Of a DNA stretch of 64,000 bases, positions 19,079-28,324 are shown in pieces (the first letter of the stretch is position 1; every line of letters begins with the position of its first letter). Source of the stretch: Minisyncoccota bacterium (GTDB lineage: Bacteria > Patescibacteriota > Minisyncoccia > Phycocordibacterales > UBA9973); contig JBAZOQ010000002.1 in assembly GCA_041648595.1 (NCBI GenBank), positions 10,446 through 74,445 of the forward strand, written 5' to 3'. The position numbers and the translations under genes were made by a program. The notes beneath the pieces were generated by a model. The model searched no databases, was not told the DNA's origin, and saw only the letters and a list, made by a program, of their open reading frames with translations.

Positions 19079-21091
19079 ATGTGCTATATTAAAAGAGTGA
19101 AAAAAGAAATTAAAAAAATAAATAATATAGAACAAGGTGTCATCTCTATATCCTCAAAAGGTACTGGATATGTAAAAACTCCTAATTTCGAAGAAGATCC
19201 AGAAATTAATTTTAAAGATCTAAATACAGCGCTTCATGGTGATACTGTTGAAATTACATTAAATGGAAAAGGAAATGGACGCCTTACAGCAAAAGTATCA
19301 AAAATAATATCTCGTGTGAAAATAGGTTTTTCTGGGGTTCTAGAAAAAGATCTTTCGACTTCACTCAAGACAGGAAATAATAATTATTTTTTAAAACCAG
19401 ATGATACAAAAATGTACACTGATATTTTGATACCAGAAAAAATGTTAAATGGGGCCAAAGTTGGTCAAAAAGTTTATGCAGAAATGACACTATGGAAAGA
19501 TTCACAAAAAGCACCCGAAGGAAAAATAATAAAAGTTCTAGGGCAACCAGGAGAAAATAACGCAGAAATGTATGCTATTGCAATGGAAAAAGGTTTTGAT
19601 AGTGATTTTCCTCAAAAAGTAGAAGAAGAAGCAAAAAAAATATCCGCCAAAGAAGGCGAACTAGCTTCTGGCTGGAAAGAAGAAATTACGAAACGTAAAG
19701 ACTTTAGAAAAACTTTAACATTTACAATTGATCCAGAAGATGCAAAAGATTTTGATGATGCTATTTCTTTTCGAATTCTCCCCCCTCTCCTTGATAAGGA
19801 GAGGGGGCTAGGGGGTGAGGTCTACGAGATAGGTATTCACATAGCAGATGTATCACATTATGTAAAAATAGGAAGTGAACTTGATAAGGAGGCAAAAAAT
19901 AGGGGTACTTCCGTATACTTAGTAGACAGAACTATCCCCATGCTCCCGGAAGCGCTTTCAAATGACTTGTGTTCTTTGGTACCAAATAAAGACAGACTGA
20001 CTATGAGCGCGGTTTTTATCGTCGATAAAAACGCGCAAGTAAAAAAGGAGTGGTATGGACGCACAATAATACATTCTCAAAAAAGATTTTCATATGAAGA
20101 AGCAGAAGAATCAATAAAAAAAGAAGAAATGCCACTGCATAAAGAACTTTCTATTTTAAACAGTTTAGCAAAAAAACTTACAAAAGAAAGATTTGCAAAT
20201 GGTGCTATATCTCTAGAACAAGAAGAAGTAAAATTTATTTTAGATAAAAATGGAGTACCTATAAAAGTAATAAAAAAAGAAAGAGGTGATTCTAATAAAT
20301 TAATTGAGGAATTCATGTTACTAGCAAATAAAAAAATTGCTGAAACTATTTCAAGGGGTACAAAAAAAGATGGTGGTGTTTTTGTATACCGAATACATGA
20401 CAATCCAAGCAAAGAAAAAATGACAGATTTAGCATTTTTCTTACGAGGATTAGGACATAAAATATCTCTAATAGATGGTGTAATACCAACAAAAGAAATA
20501 AATGCCCTCTTAAAAAATCTAGAAGGTAAAAACGAAGAAAATACGGTAAATCGTGCAGTAATACGTTCTATGGCAAAAGCAATTTATTCTACAAAAAATG
20601 TAGGACACTATGGTCTAGCTTTTGAATATTATGCTCATTTTACATCACCTATTAGACGATATCCAGATATAGTAGTACATAGACTTTTAACAGATTATCT
20701 AAAAAAATCAAAAGTCGGCAAGGAAAAACTAAATATTTATGAAGAAATTTCAAGACATGCATCGGAACGAGAAAAATATGCTTCTGATGCTGAACGAGCA
20801 TCTATAAAATATAAACAAGTTGAGTATATGTCTTCTCGTATATCACAAATATTCAATGGCACAGTAAGTGGAGCAACAGAATGGGGCATATATGTAGAGG
20901 AAATAGAAACAAAATGTGAAGGACTCGTACGTGTAAAAGATATGAGTGATGATTTTTATATTTTTAATGAAAAAAAATTAGAATTAATTGGACAGAAAAA
21001 AAAGAAAAAATACCGTTTAGGTGACAATGTAAAAATAAAAGTAAAAAGTGTTGATTTGGAAAGAAAAACAATAGATTATGTATTAGTATGA
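19079..21091 (+). CDS. rnr: Ribonuclease R
   Basis: TIDPEDAKDFDDA, HFTSPIRRYPD, C-terminal S1 domain. Confidence 0.95.
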   Translation: MCYIKRVKKEIKKINNIEQGVISISSKGTGYVKTPNFEEDPEINFKDLNTALHGDTVEITLNGKGNGRLTAKVSKIISRVKIGFSGVLEKDLSTSLKTGNNNYFLKPDDTKMYTDILIPEKMLNGAKVGQKVYAEMTLWKDSQKAPEGKIIKVLGQPGENNAEMYAIAMEKGFDSDFPQKVEEEAKKISAKEGELASGWKEEITKRKDFRKTLTFTIDPEDAKDFDDAISFRILPPLLDKERGLGGEVYEIGIHIADVSHYVKIGSELDKEAKNRGTSVYLVDRTIPMLPEALSNDLCSLVPNKDRLTMSAVFIVDKNAQVKKEWYGRTIIHSQKRFSYEEAEESIKKEEMPLHKELSILNSLAKKLTKERFANGAISLEQEEVKFILDKNGVPIKVIKKERGDSNKLIEEFMLLANKKIAETISRGTKKDGGVFVYRIHDNPSKEKMTDLAFFLRGLGHKISLIDGVIPTKEINALLKNLEGKNEENTVNRAVIRSMAKAIYSTKNVGHYGLAFEYYAHFTSPIRRYPDIVVHRLLTDYLKKSKVGKEKLNIYEEISRHASEREKYASDAERASIKYKQVEYMSSRISQIFNGTVSGATEWGIYVEEIETKCEGLVRVKDMSDDFYIFNEKKLELIGQKKKKKYRLGDNVKIKVKSVDLERKTIDYVLV

Positions 21092-22968
21092 AATACACCC
21101 TTAGTCAAAAAATCAAATTAGGATTCTGGACAATTTTTGTAATAACTATAGGTATTTCTTTAGGATCTTTTTTTGTTAAAGATACTAAATATGAAAATAT
21201 GATAGAAACAAAAAATAATACAGCAACAATAGTAGAATCTACTATACGAGAAGAAACAATACCCAAAAATTCTTATTTTATAAAAGATGCTGAATTAAAA
21301 CCAAAAATTTCATCTCTAGCTTATTTAGTTGGCGACCTAGACACAGGAGAAATCATACTTTCAAAAAACCAAGATTCACCATTTCCTCTTGCTTCTGTCT
21401 CAAAACTAATGACTGCTACTGTCGCTACAGATTTAATGAATAGTGAAGATATACTTACAATTTCTAAAAAAACATTAGCCACATATGGAGAAAATGGAAA
21501 TTTTAAAATAAAAGAAAAAATAAAACTTTTAGATATTTTTTATCCATTACTTTTAGAATCAAGCAATGACGCAGGAGAAGCAATAGCTGAATTTTTTGAT
21601 AGAGAAACTTTCATAAAAAAAATGAATCAAATGGCTATGAAATTAGATCTCTCAAAAACTTCTTTTGAAGATCCGACTGGACTATCTTCAGAAAATCAAT
21701 CTACTGTCTCTGATATGTTCAAATTAGCAGGATATATAAATCAAAAAAAACCAGAAATATTTCAAATAACAACAAATAGAAGTTACACTAATAAAAAACA
21801 CACCTGGTTTAGTACTAATCAATTTCTTTCAGAAAATGGTTATATTGGTGGAAAAAGTGGATTCACAAACCCAGCATTACAAACAGTAATTTCTCTTTTT
21901 TCAGTTCCACTAGGAGAATCCGGAACACGCAATATAGCTATTACATTATTACAAAGCAATGACCGATTAAAAGATGTAGAAAATATTTTAAAATACTTAA
22001 ATAAAAATATATATTATGGAGGAGAAGCAGATGCAAATACAGCTTGGGTAAAAGAAAGAACGGACTTACCACTGTTTGATCAAGATTTCGTGACACTTAT
22101 TTTTAGTGGAGATATTATGCTTGATCGTGGAGTTAAAAGTTCTACAAATAAAAATTTCAATGGCGATTATTCTATATTATTTAATAAATTAGGAATTCTA
22201 AAAAGATCTGATATTGCTTTTGCAAATTTAGAAGGTCCAATTTCAAATGTAGGAAAAGATATGAAAAATTTATATTCATTTAGAATGGATCCTTCTGTAA
22301 CCCCTGCCCTTAAAGGTGCAGGTCTATCAATAGTCTCAGTGGCAAATAATCATGTTGGAGATTGGGGCCGTGATGCATATATTGATTCATTAGCACGTCT
22401 AAAAGAAAATGAAATTCTATACACTGGAGGAGGAATAAATGAATCTGAAGCGCTACAGCCAATTATTATTGAAAAGTATGGAATGAAAATAGGATATTTA
22501 GGATTTTCAGATGTAGGACCAAACTGGATGGGGGTAACGACAGATAAAGCAGGATTGCTTCTTGCTAATAATCCACACTTTAGTGAAATAATACAAAATG
22601 CCTCTAAACAAGTTGATTATTTAGTTGTAACATTTCATTTTGGTGAAGAATACAAAACAGAACATAACGCTAGACAAGAATATTTAGCACATAGTGCAAT
22701 AGATGCAGGTGCAAAAATAATAATAGGAACTCATCCACATGTAATACAAGATACAGAAATTTATAAAAATGGTTTTATAGCTTATTCATTAGGTAATTTT
22801 ATTTTTGACCAAGGTTTCTCAGAAAATACAATGGAGGGTATGCTTCTCGAAATAAAATTAAATATGGATGGTGATTTATCTATTAAAAAAAATATTGTCC
22901 AATTAAATAAACTTTTCCAACCAGAGAAAATAATAATAGGAAAAGAAGAAAAAATAAAATTTAAATAA
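21088..22968 (+). CDS. D-Ala-D-Ala carboxypeptidase (S11) fused to CapA/PGA_cap metallophosphatase domain
   Basis: ASVSKLMTA, SSND, GKSG; then GDIMLDR, NLEGP, ANNHVGD, HFGEE, GTHPHV, YSLGNFIFDQ. Confidence 0.85.
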   Translation: MKYTLSQKIKLGFWTIFVITIGISLGSFFVKDTKYENMIETKNNTATIVESTIREETIPKNSYFIKDAELKPKISSLAYLVGDLDTGEIILSKNQDSPFPLASVSKLMTATVATDLMNSEDILTISKKTLATYGENGNFKIKEKIKLLDIFYPLLLESSNDAGEAIAEFFDRETFIKKMNQMAMKLDLSKTSFEDPTGLSSENQSTVSDMFKLAGYINQKKPEIFQITTNRSYTNKKHTWFSTNQFLSENGYIGGKSGFTNPALQTVISLFSVPLGESGTRNIAITLLQSNDRLKDVENILKYLNKNIYYGGEADANTAWVKERTDLPLFDQDFVTLIFSGDIMLDRGVKSSTNKNFNGDYSILFNKLGILKRSDIAFANLEGPISNVGKDMKNLYSFRMDPSVTPALKGAGLSIVSVANNHVGDWGRDAYIDSLARLKENEILYTGGGINESEALQPIIIEKYGMKIGYLGFSDVGPNWMGVTTDKAGLLLANNPHFSEIIQNASKQVDYLVVTFHFGEEYKTEHNARQEYLAHSAIDAGAKIIIGTHPHVIQDTEIYKNGFIAYSLGNFIFDQGFSENTMEGMLLEIKLNMDGDLSIKKNIVQLNKLFQPEKIIIGKEEKIKFK

Positions 22969-22972
22969 AAAA

Positions 22973-23010
22973 AATCTGTCGTTGTGAATAAATCAACAAC
23001 AACAGATTTA
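22973..23010. terminator. Bidirectional terminator between convergent genes
   Basis: AAATCTGTCGTTG...CAACAACAGATTT hairpin. Confidence 0.55.
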
Positions 23011-23013
23011 ATC

Positions 23014-23280
23014 CTAAGGTAATTCTTTTTTTTCTGTTTTCAAATCAGGTTCATTCATAGAACCATTCAAACCAAGTAAAATAAAAAAACCAATACACCC
23101 TAAGAAAATTCTCCCAAATAAATCCATGCCAATATATTCACCAAAAAATCCTAAAATTAGCATGACCAAAGCAATACCACCAACGGTGGCATTTTCTCTA
23201 AAAAGTTTTTTGGGGTCTATTTTTTCGACTATCATAGGTTCATTTAATATCACCTCTATGTTTTTTTGTTCCTGTTGCAT
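23014..23280 (-). CDS. Small two-TM hypothetical protein
   Basis: ORF with two hydrophobic helices. Confidence 0.6.
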   Translation of the reverse strand: MQQEQKNIEVILNEPMIVEKIDPKKLFRENATVGGIALVMLILGFFGEYIGMDLFGRIFLGCIGFFILLGLNGSMNEPDLKTEKKELP

Positions 23281-23364
23281 TAAAAAACCCTTTCTATAAA
23301 AATGAAAAGAAAAATTTAGTTTATTCTTTTTCAGAATACATCTTCATTATAAAAAAGTCAACAA

Positions 23365-23400
23365 ATTCCCCCATATACGCCATGGCTGATATGAGGGTAA
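23365..23400. repeat. 36-bp palindrome downstream of Cas2-like gene
   Basis: ATTCCCCCATATACGCCATGGCTGATATGAGGGTAA, degenerate copy of 23811-23846. Confidence 0.8.
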
Positions 23401-23415
23401 TTTGTTAGAATCTCT

Positions 23416-23793
23416 TTACTTTTTTAGATAAGATTTAGCCAATTTAAATGTTTTAAAATTATCTCCTATTTTTATCTCTTTCAAATAATCTAAAAAATCT
23501 TTTGGTAGTGGAGAAGGCCCAACCCAAACACTTTTTTGAATCATTATATAACCAAATTTTATTAGTTGTCTTCGAAACCAATCTCTTTCTTTTTTCTTAT
23601 CAGATGGAATGTCATACATCACGATCAAATTTTTTGAAGAATCTTTATCAAAAGGTGAAGAAAAAGTAATATAATAAAACTTTCTTTTTCTATTTTTTGT
23701 TTTTGCACGACTTTCTCTACCTCTCGAGAAAATAGGAATACCAAAAGAATTTACTTCTATTCCTTTATAATATAATTTCTTTTTAAAACCCAT
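23416..23793 (-). CDS. Stand-alone Cas2-like / PaaX central-domain protein
   Basis: IVMYDIP..KKERDWFRRQL..FGYIMIQKSVWV; no cas1 or CRISPR array nearby. Confidence 0.8.
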   Translation of the reverse strand: MGFKKKLYYKGIEVNSFGIPIFSRGRESRAKTKNRKRKFYYITFSSPFDKDSSKNLIVMYDIPSDKKKERDWFRRQLIKFGYIMIQKSVWVGPSPLPKDFLDYLKEIKIGDNFKTFKLAKSYLKK

Positions 23794-23810
23794 ATATAAA
23801 CTATATCACA

Positions 23811-23846
23811 TTACCCCCATATACGCCATGGTGTATATGGGGGTAA
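23811..23846. repeat. 36-bp palindrome upstream of Cas2-like gene
   Basis: TTACCCCCATATACGCCATGGTGTATATGGGGGTAA. Confidence 0.85.
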
Positions 23847-23882
23847 ATACAATAAAAAAATAATTACTTATTTCAATAATTT

Positions 23883-26147
23883 TTATTTTGCAATTGCGGT
23901 GGCTTCGTCGAGTTTTACGGAGAGAAGTTTTGAGGCACCATCAGAACCTACTGTGACACCATATAAAATACCAGCTCGAGACATCGTTTCCCTGTTATGG
24001 GTAACAACTATAAGTTGAGAATGATGTGAAAGTTTTTCTAACATATCTCCATATTTACGAGAATTTGCTTCATCGAGCGCTGCATCAGTCTCATCAAGAA
24101 CTAAAAATGGTGGTGGATTCACTTGCGACATAGCAAAAAGAAGAGCAATAGATGTAAGTGATCTCTCTCCACCTGAAAGTGCATTAAGTTCTTTTACTTT
24201 TTTATGAGGAAGCGAAACGTTAATTTCAATACCTTGTTCGAAAACAATTTCTTCTTTATCTCCTGCCTGCGCAGACAAGTCTTCTTCTAATTCTTCTTCT
24301 CCTTTCTTTTTTTTGTTTTCAATAACAATAGATAAATGTCCTTCTCCTCCACCAAACATTAAAGCGAAAAAATTATTAAATTCAATATTTATTTTTTTAA
24401 TACCTTCTTTAAATTCTACATCAATTTTCTGTTTCAGGTCTGCCATAAGATTGTGGAGCGCTTCTATGCTTACAGCTAAATCTTCCATTTCTTTTGCTAA
24501 AAAATTGTCCCTTTGAAAAACTTCTTCAAATTCTTTTATTACTTCTGCTCCACCACCCAAACCAGCATCTTCTAATTTTATTTTAATGCGTTCAATTTTA
24601 CGTTTTAATTCTTCTTGTATATTTCTATCTATAATTTCATCTATTTCAAAATTCTTATAAGATAATATTTCATTACCAATAAGTGCTGAGCCTTCTTTAA
24701 TCTCATTCTCAAAAGCCTCTATTTCTTTAGTTAAATTTCCTTCTTTTATCAAAACAAGCTCTAAAGCAGAAGCCAATTCTTGATGTCTAACTCTAAAATT
24801 AAACCTTTCTTTTTCTTTTAAATGTAAATTCTCATTATCTTGATTAATTTCCTTTTTTAATATTTCTATATTTTCAATAATCTTATTTTCTTCTTCTTTG
24901 ATATTCTGCATTCCAACTAAAATTTCTTGCTGATTTTTTCTTAAAAGTTCTAATTCAGGATTTGAAGTTAAATTTAGATTCTGCAGAGAATCTTCTATAG
25001 AAACTTTTGGTAAAAATTCATTTACAATATCCTTTATGTGTAAAAGAATATTTTTAATATCTGATAAATCTTCTTTATTTATAGCTTCATTGATAGAACT
25101 ATTTATATCATTAAATATTAATTTAACTTTTTCTTCTGAAATTATTACAGTAGTTTCGGGCATTTTTCTCTCTTTTCTTTTCTCTTCCATTTCTACCATC
25201 CCTTCAATCCTTCCTAATTTACGTTCTACTTCACTCTTAATTCCTCGGATCTCATATGTCTTTTTTTCCAATATTTTTAATTCTTTTTCTTTTTCACTTT
25301 CTTCTTTTATACCAATTTCTTCAACAGAAGAAATTTTTTTTTTCGTATTTTCTAATTCCAAAGAAATTTTTTCTTTTTCCTTTAAAAAAGAAGCTTGTTC
25401 TTTATCTAAATAAGCACTCTCTTTTTTAAGATATTCTTTATAGAGAGACAACAGTGTCACTTGTAATTCTTTTGCTTTTTCAAATTTATCTACTTGTTTT
25501 TTAAGAAAATTTAAATGAGGTGCATTTTCTCTACGTAAAAGTGAAACTTCTTTCATGTTGTTGGCAGTTCTTTCAAGCTTACGTTGTGATTCTTTTATTT
25601 TATATTGATAAATTTTAAGTCCAAGTGCATCTTCTATCATTTCTCTTCTGTCTTTAGATGTGGCATTTAAAATTCTATCTGCTTCACCTTGTGAAATAAT
25701 ATGATGTCCAGATGAACCAATATTTACAGAAGACAAAAGATTATTAATATCTTTTAATCTTACTTCAGAACCATTTAGAATGTATTTATTTAGTCCATCA
25801 GAATAAACTTCACGCGAAATCGAAATAACATCATAATTTAAATTAATATTTTCGCCAGTTTCATTAGAAAGTTTAAAAATCTTATCAGAATTATCAAAAT
25901 ATATTGTAGCAGTAGCACGTGAACTCTTTGGTAAACTTTTAGATCCTTTAAAAATAAGATCAGACCCAGAAGATCCTCTCATTGATTTTATTGATTGTTC
26001 CCCTAATACAAAACGAATTGCTTCTACTACATTTGATTTACCAGATCCATTTGGACCTACAATAGAAACAATAGAATTCTGAAACTCTAAAACTGTTTTT
26101 TTAGAAAAAGATTTAAACCCATTTATCTCAAGATTCTTAAGTCGCAT
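23883..26147 (-). CDS. smc: SMC-family chromosome segregation ATPase (short form)
   Basis: GPNGSGKSN, ISQG, LSGGE, VLDETDAALD, VVTH; follows rnc. Confidence 0.9.
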   Translation of the reverse strand: MRLKNLEINGFKSFSKKTVLEFQNSIVSIVGPNGSGKSNVVEAIRFVLGEQSIKSMRGSSGSDLIFKGSKSLPKSSRATATIYFDNSDKIFKLSNETGENINLNYDVISISREVYSDGLNKYILNGSEVRLKDINNLLSSVNIGSSGHHIISQGEADRILNATSKDRREMIEDALGLKIYQYKIKESQRKLERTANNMKEVSLLRRENAPHLNFLKKQVDKFEKAKELQVTLLSLYKEYLKKESAYLDKEQASFLKEKEKISLELENTKKKISSVEEIGIKEESEKEKELKILEKKTYEIRGIKSEVERKLGRIEGMVEMEEKRKERKMPETTVIISEEKVKLIFNDINSSINEAINKEDLSDIKNILLHIKDIVNEFLPKVSIEDSLQNLNLTSNPELELLRKNQQEILVGMQNIKEEENKIIENIEILKKEINQDNENLHLKEKERFNFRVRHQELASALELVLIKEGNLTKEIEAFENEIKEGSALIGNEILSYKNFEIDEIIDRNIQEELKRKIERIKIKLEDAGLGGGAEVIKEFEEVFQRDNFLAKEMEDLAVSIEALHNLMADLKQKIDVEFKEGIKKINIEFNNFFALMFGGGEGHLSIVIENKKKKGEEELEEDLSAQAGDKEEIVFEQGIEINVSLPHKKVKELNALSGGERSLTSIALLFAMSQVNPPPFLVLDETDAALDEANSRKYGDMLEKLSHHSQLIVVTHNRETMSRAGILYGVTVGSDGASKLLSVKLDEATAIAK

Positions 26148-26152
26148 ATTTA

Positions 26153-26221
26153 TCCGCCTAAATTTTTAGAATTATAATATTTTTAATCATTTTACTTTAT
26201 TTTTGTGAAAAATTTTGGCGG
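26153..26221. mobile_element. TCCGCC...GGCGG MITE between rnc and smc
   Basis: Inverted ends TCCGCCTAAATTTTT/AAAAATTTTGGCGG flanked by ATTTA direct repeats (26148-26152, 26222-26226). Confidence 0.55.
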
Positions 26222-26223
26222 AT

Positions 26224-26919
26224 TTATTCCATCCAATTTTTTATTTTTAATGCATTAAGGGCTGCAGTCTGTTCTGCCTCTTGTTTTGATTTTCCTTTAC
26301 CTTCAGCAATTAAATCAGGACCAAATAAAATACCAACTGTAAAATGTTTATCATGATCAGGCCCTGATTCATGTAAAACTTTATAAAAAGGAGTAAATCC
26401 AACAAATTCTTGTGCTTTCTCTTGTACTAAACTTTTTGCATCACGCCAAAGTTTTTTAGAAACAATTTCCTCTGTATGAGGTAATAAAGTTGTAATTAAA
26501 AATTTATTTACAACATCATAACCTTGATCTAAATAAACTGCCCCTACGTATGCTTCAAAAGTATTGGCTAGTATATATTGTCTTGCTTTCCCATTATCTT
26601 TAGCTTCACCTTTAGATAAAAGCAAAAAATCATTCATTCCGATCTCCAAAGCAACTTCAGAAATTATAATAGCATTTACAAGAGCTGAACGGATTGCTGT
26701 CAATTCTCCTTCTGTAAAATTTGGATATTTTTTATATATAAAATCAGTAACAACAAGCTCTAACACAGCATCACCTAAAAATTCCAAACGTTCATTATGA
26801 GAAAGAGATAATCCTCCATTTTCATTTATGTAAGAACGGTGAATAAAAGCTTGCTTAAGCAAATTTTTATCTTTAAAACAAATCTTTGTATTTTTCTCAA
26901 AATTTGAAAATTCTATCAT
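26224..26919 (-). CDS. rnc: Ribonuclease III
   Basis: NERLEFLGDAVL; dsRBD. Confidence 0.97.
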   Translation of the reverse strand: MIEFSNFEKNTKICFKDKNLLKQAFIHRSYINENGGLSLSHNERLEFLGDAVLELVVTDFIYKKYPNFTEGELTAIRSALVNAIIISEVALEIGMNDFLLLSKGEAKDNGKARQYILANTFEAYVGAVYLDQGYDVVNKFLITTLLPHTEEIVSKKLWRDAKSLVQEKAQEFVGFTPFYKVLHESGPDHDKHFTVGILFGPDLIAEGKGKSKQEAEQTAALNALKIKNWME

Positions 26920-26943
26920 CTTTTACTTTTTATTTTATAAACT

Positions 26944-27906
26944 TTATAACTTTTTACTACTCAATATTTCAATCGCGCGAGTTATAAGTGGAATAATATC
27001 ATTATAAATACGAAGTTCTGGAATTTCAGAGAGTTTAAACCAACGAGCATTATCTAATCCACCAGAATCTTCAAGTTTTAATTCACAATATTTACTTTCT
27101 GCTAAAAAATACGTAACTTTTTTTAATGTCTTCCCTTTTTCTGGATGAGAAGCTACATATTCATTTTCACCAAGTTTTTCTTTTATAATAATATCAAGTC
27201 CAATTTCTTCCTTTATTTTTCTTATTGTGCCATCTTCTACGCTTTCATTCTCAATTTCTGGATTATCTCCTACTTTACCTTTTGACAAAGTCCAATAACC
27301 AAAAACATCATGCACTAATGCAAATAAAGTATCTTTATTCCCGCCAGAGGAACGGGCAGGCTTTTGAGCATAAATCAATGCTCCACCCAACTTTTCAACT
27401 GGTAATTTTGTAATATCTACTGGCTCATCGTTTTTTTTCTTTTTACTTATTTGTTCTTTTCCAGGTTCACCAATCTCTTTATAAACTGCACCAAGAACAC
27501 CATTAACAAATTTACTAGAATTTTCTCCACCAAAAGTTTTCGCTAATTCTATAGCTTCATTTATGGCAACCTTAGGAGGTACTTGATTCCTATCACCAAA
27601 AAGAAGTTCAGTCAACCCAATTCTTAAAATATTTCTATCAACAATAGATATCTTATCAAGTGGCCAATCCGGTGCAGCTTTTTTTATTATCTCATCAACT
27701 ACTGTAACTTTTCTTAAAATTTCTTCTACTAATGTAGCCACAAAAACATCATCCTCAAGGCCAGGAGCAAATTCTTTTAAATTTCTGTTTAAAGCTTCTT
27801 TTGTTTTTTCGTCAGTCCAAACATTATTCTGTCCTCCAGTAGTCATAAAATCCCACTCAAAAAGCGTTTGGAGAACTATTGATCTTGAAAGGTGCCTATT
27901 TGCCAT
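26944..27906 (-). CDS. nusB: NusB fused to a C-terminal NUDIX domain
   Basis: [31 protein letters not shown], then WTLSKGK...IRKIKEEIG. Confidence 0.9.
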   Translation of the reverse strand: MANRHLSRSIVLQTLFEWDFMTTGGQNNVWTDEKTKEALNRNLKEFAPGLEDDVFVATLVEEILRKVTVVDEIIKKAAPDWPLDKISIVDRNILRIGLTELLFGDRNQVPPKVAINEAIELAKTFGGENSSKFVNGVLGAVYKEIGEPGKEQISKKKKNDEPVDITKLPVEKLGGALIYAQKPARSSGGNKDTLFALVHDVFGYWTLSKGKVGDNPEIENESVEDGTIRKIKEEIGLDIIIKEKLGENEYVASHPEKGKTLKKVTYFLAESKYCELKLEDSGGLDNARWFKLSEIPELRIYNDIIPLITRAIEILSSKKL

Positions 27907-27918
27907 AAAAATTACCAA

Positions 27919-27980
27919 TTCACCTCACCCCCGACCCCTCTCCTTAATAAGGAGAGGGGTGCCAAAGGCGGGGTGAGGTT
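27919..27980. repeat. CCCCTCTCC...GGAGAGGGG palindromic element
   Basis: Near-identical to 53815-53876; related copies lie inside rnr and ligA. Confidence 0.85.
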
Positions 27981-28207
27981 TACTTTGATTCTGCTTTCTT
28001 TGCTTTTTCTTTCTTCTGCTTCTTTTCCATTTTTTTAACTAAATCCAACACCTTCATCCCGCGATAGAAACCGCAAGATGAGCAAACTGTATGCTGTTTT
28101 TTAAGAGTTTTACAATTTTCACATTTAGTAAAACCCGTACTCACCAATGCATGATGTGAACGTCTGTTTGCTGTATGTGATTTTGTATGTCTCATTCGTA
28201 CTACCAT
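27980..28207 (-). CDS. rpmF: 50S ribosomal protein L32
   Basis: RRSHHAL..CENC..HTVCSSCGFY. Confidence 0.93.
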   Translation of the reverse strand: MVVRMRHTKSHTANRRSHHALVSTGFTKCENCKTLKKQHTVCSSCGFYRGMKVLDLVKKMEKKQKKEKAKKAESK

Positions 28208-28288
28208 AATGTATTCTATACTAGCATATTAAAGATGAAAAGCAAAATTATACATTTAAGTAAACAAACTATTACACTGAAATACAAC

Positions 28289-28324
28289 TGTCTACTATCT
28301 TTTCATATGTAAAGATAGTAGACA
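28289..28324. repeat. 36-bp palindrome overlapping the RT stop codon
   Basis: TGTCTACTATCTTT-TCATATGT-AAAGATAGTAGACA; inverted near-identical copy at 61944-61979. Confidence 0.75.

Noticed and set aside
23365-23846. CRISPR-Cas locus suggested by the Cas2-like gene and 36-bp repeats
   Set aside because: Only two repeats, separated by a whole gene; no spacer array and no cas1 or effector genes.
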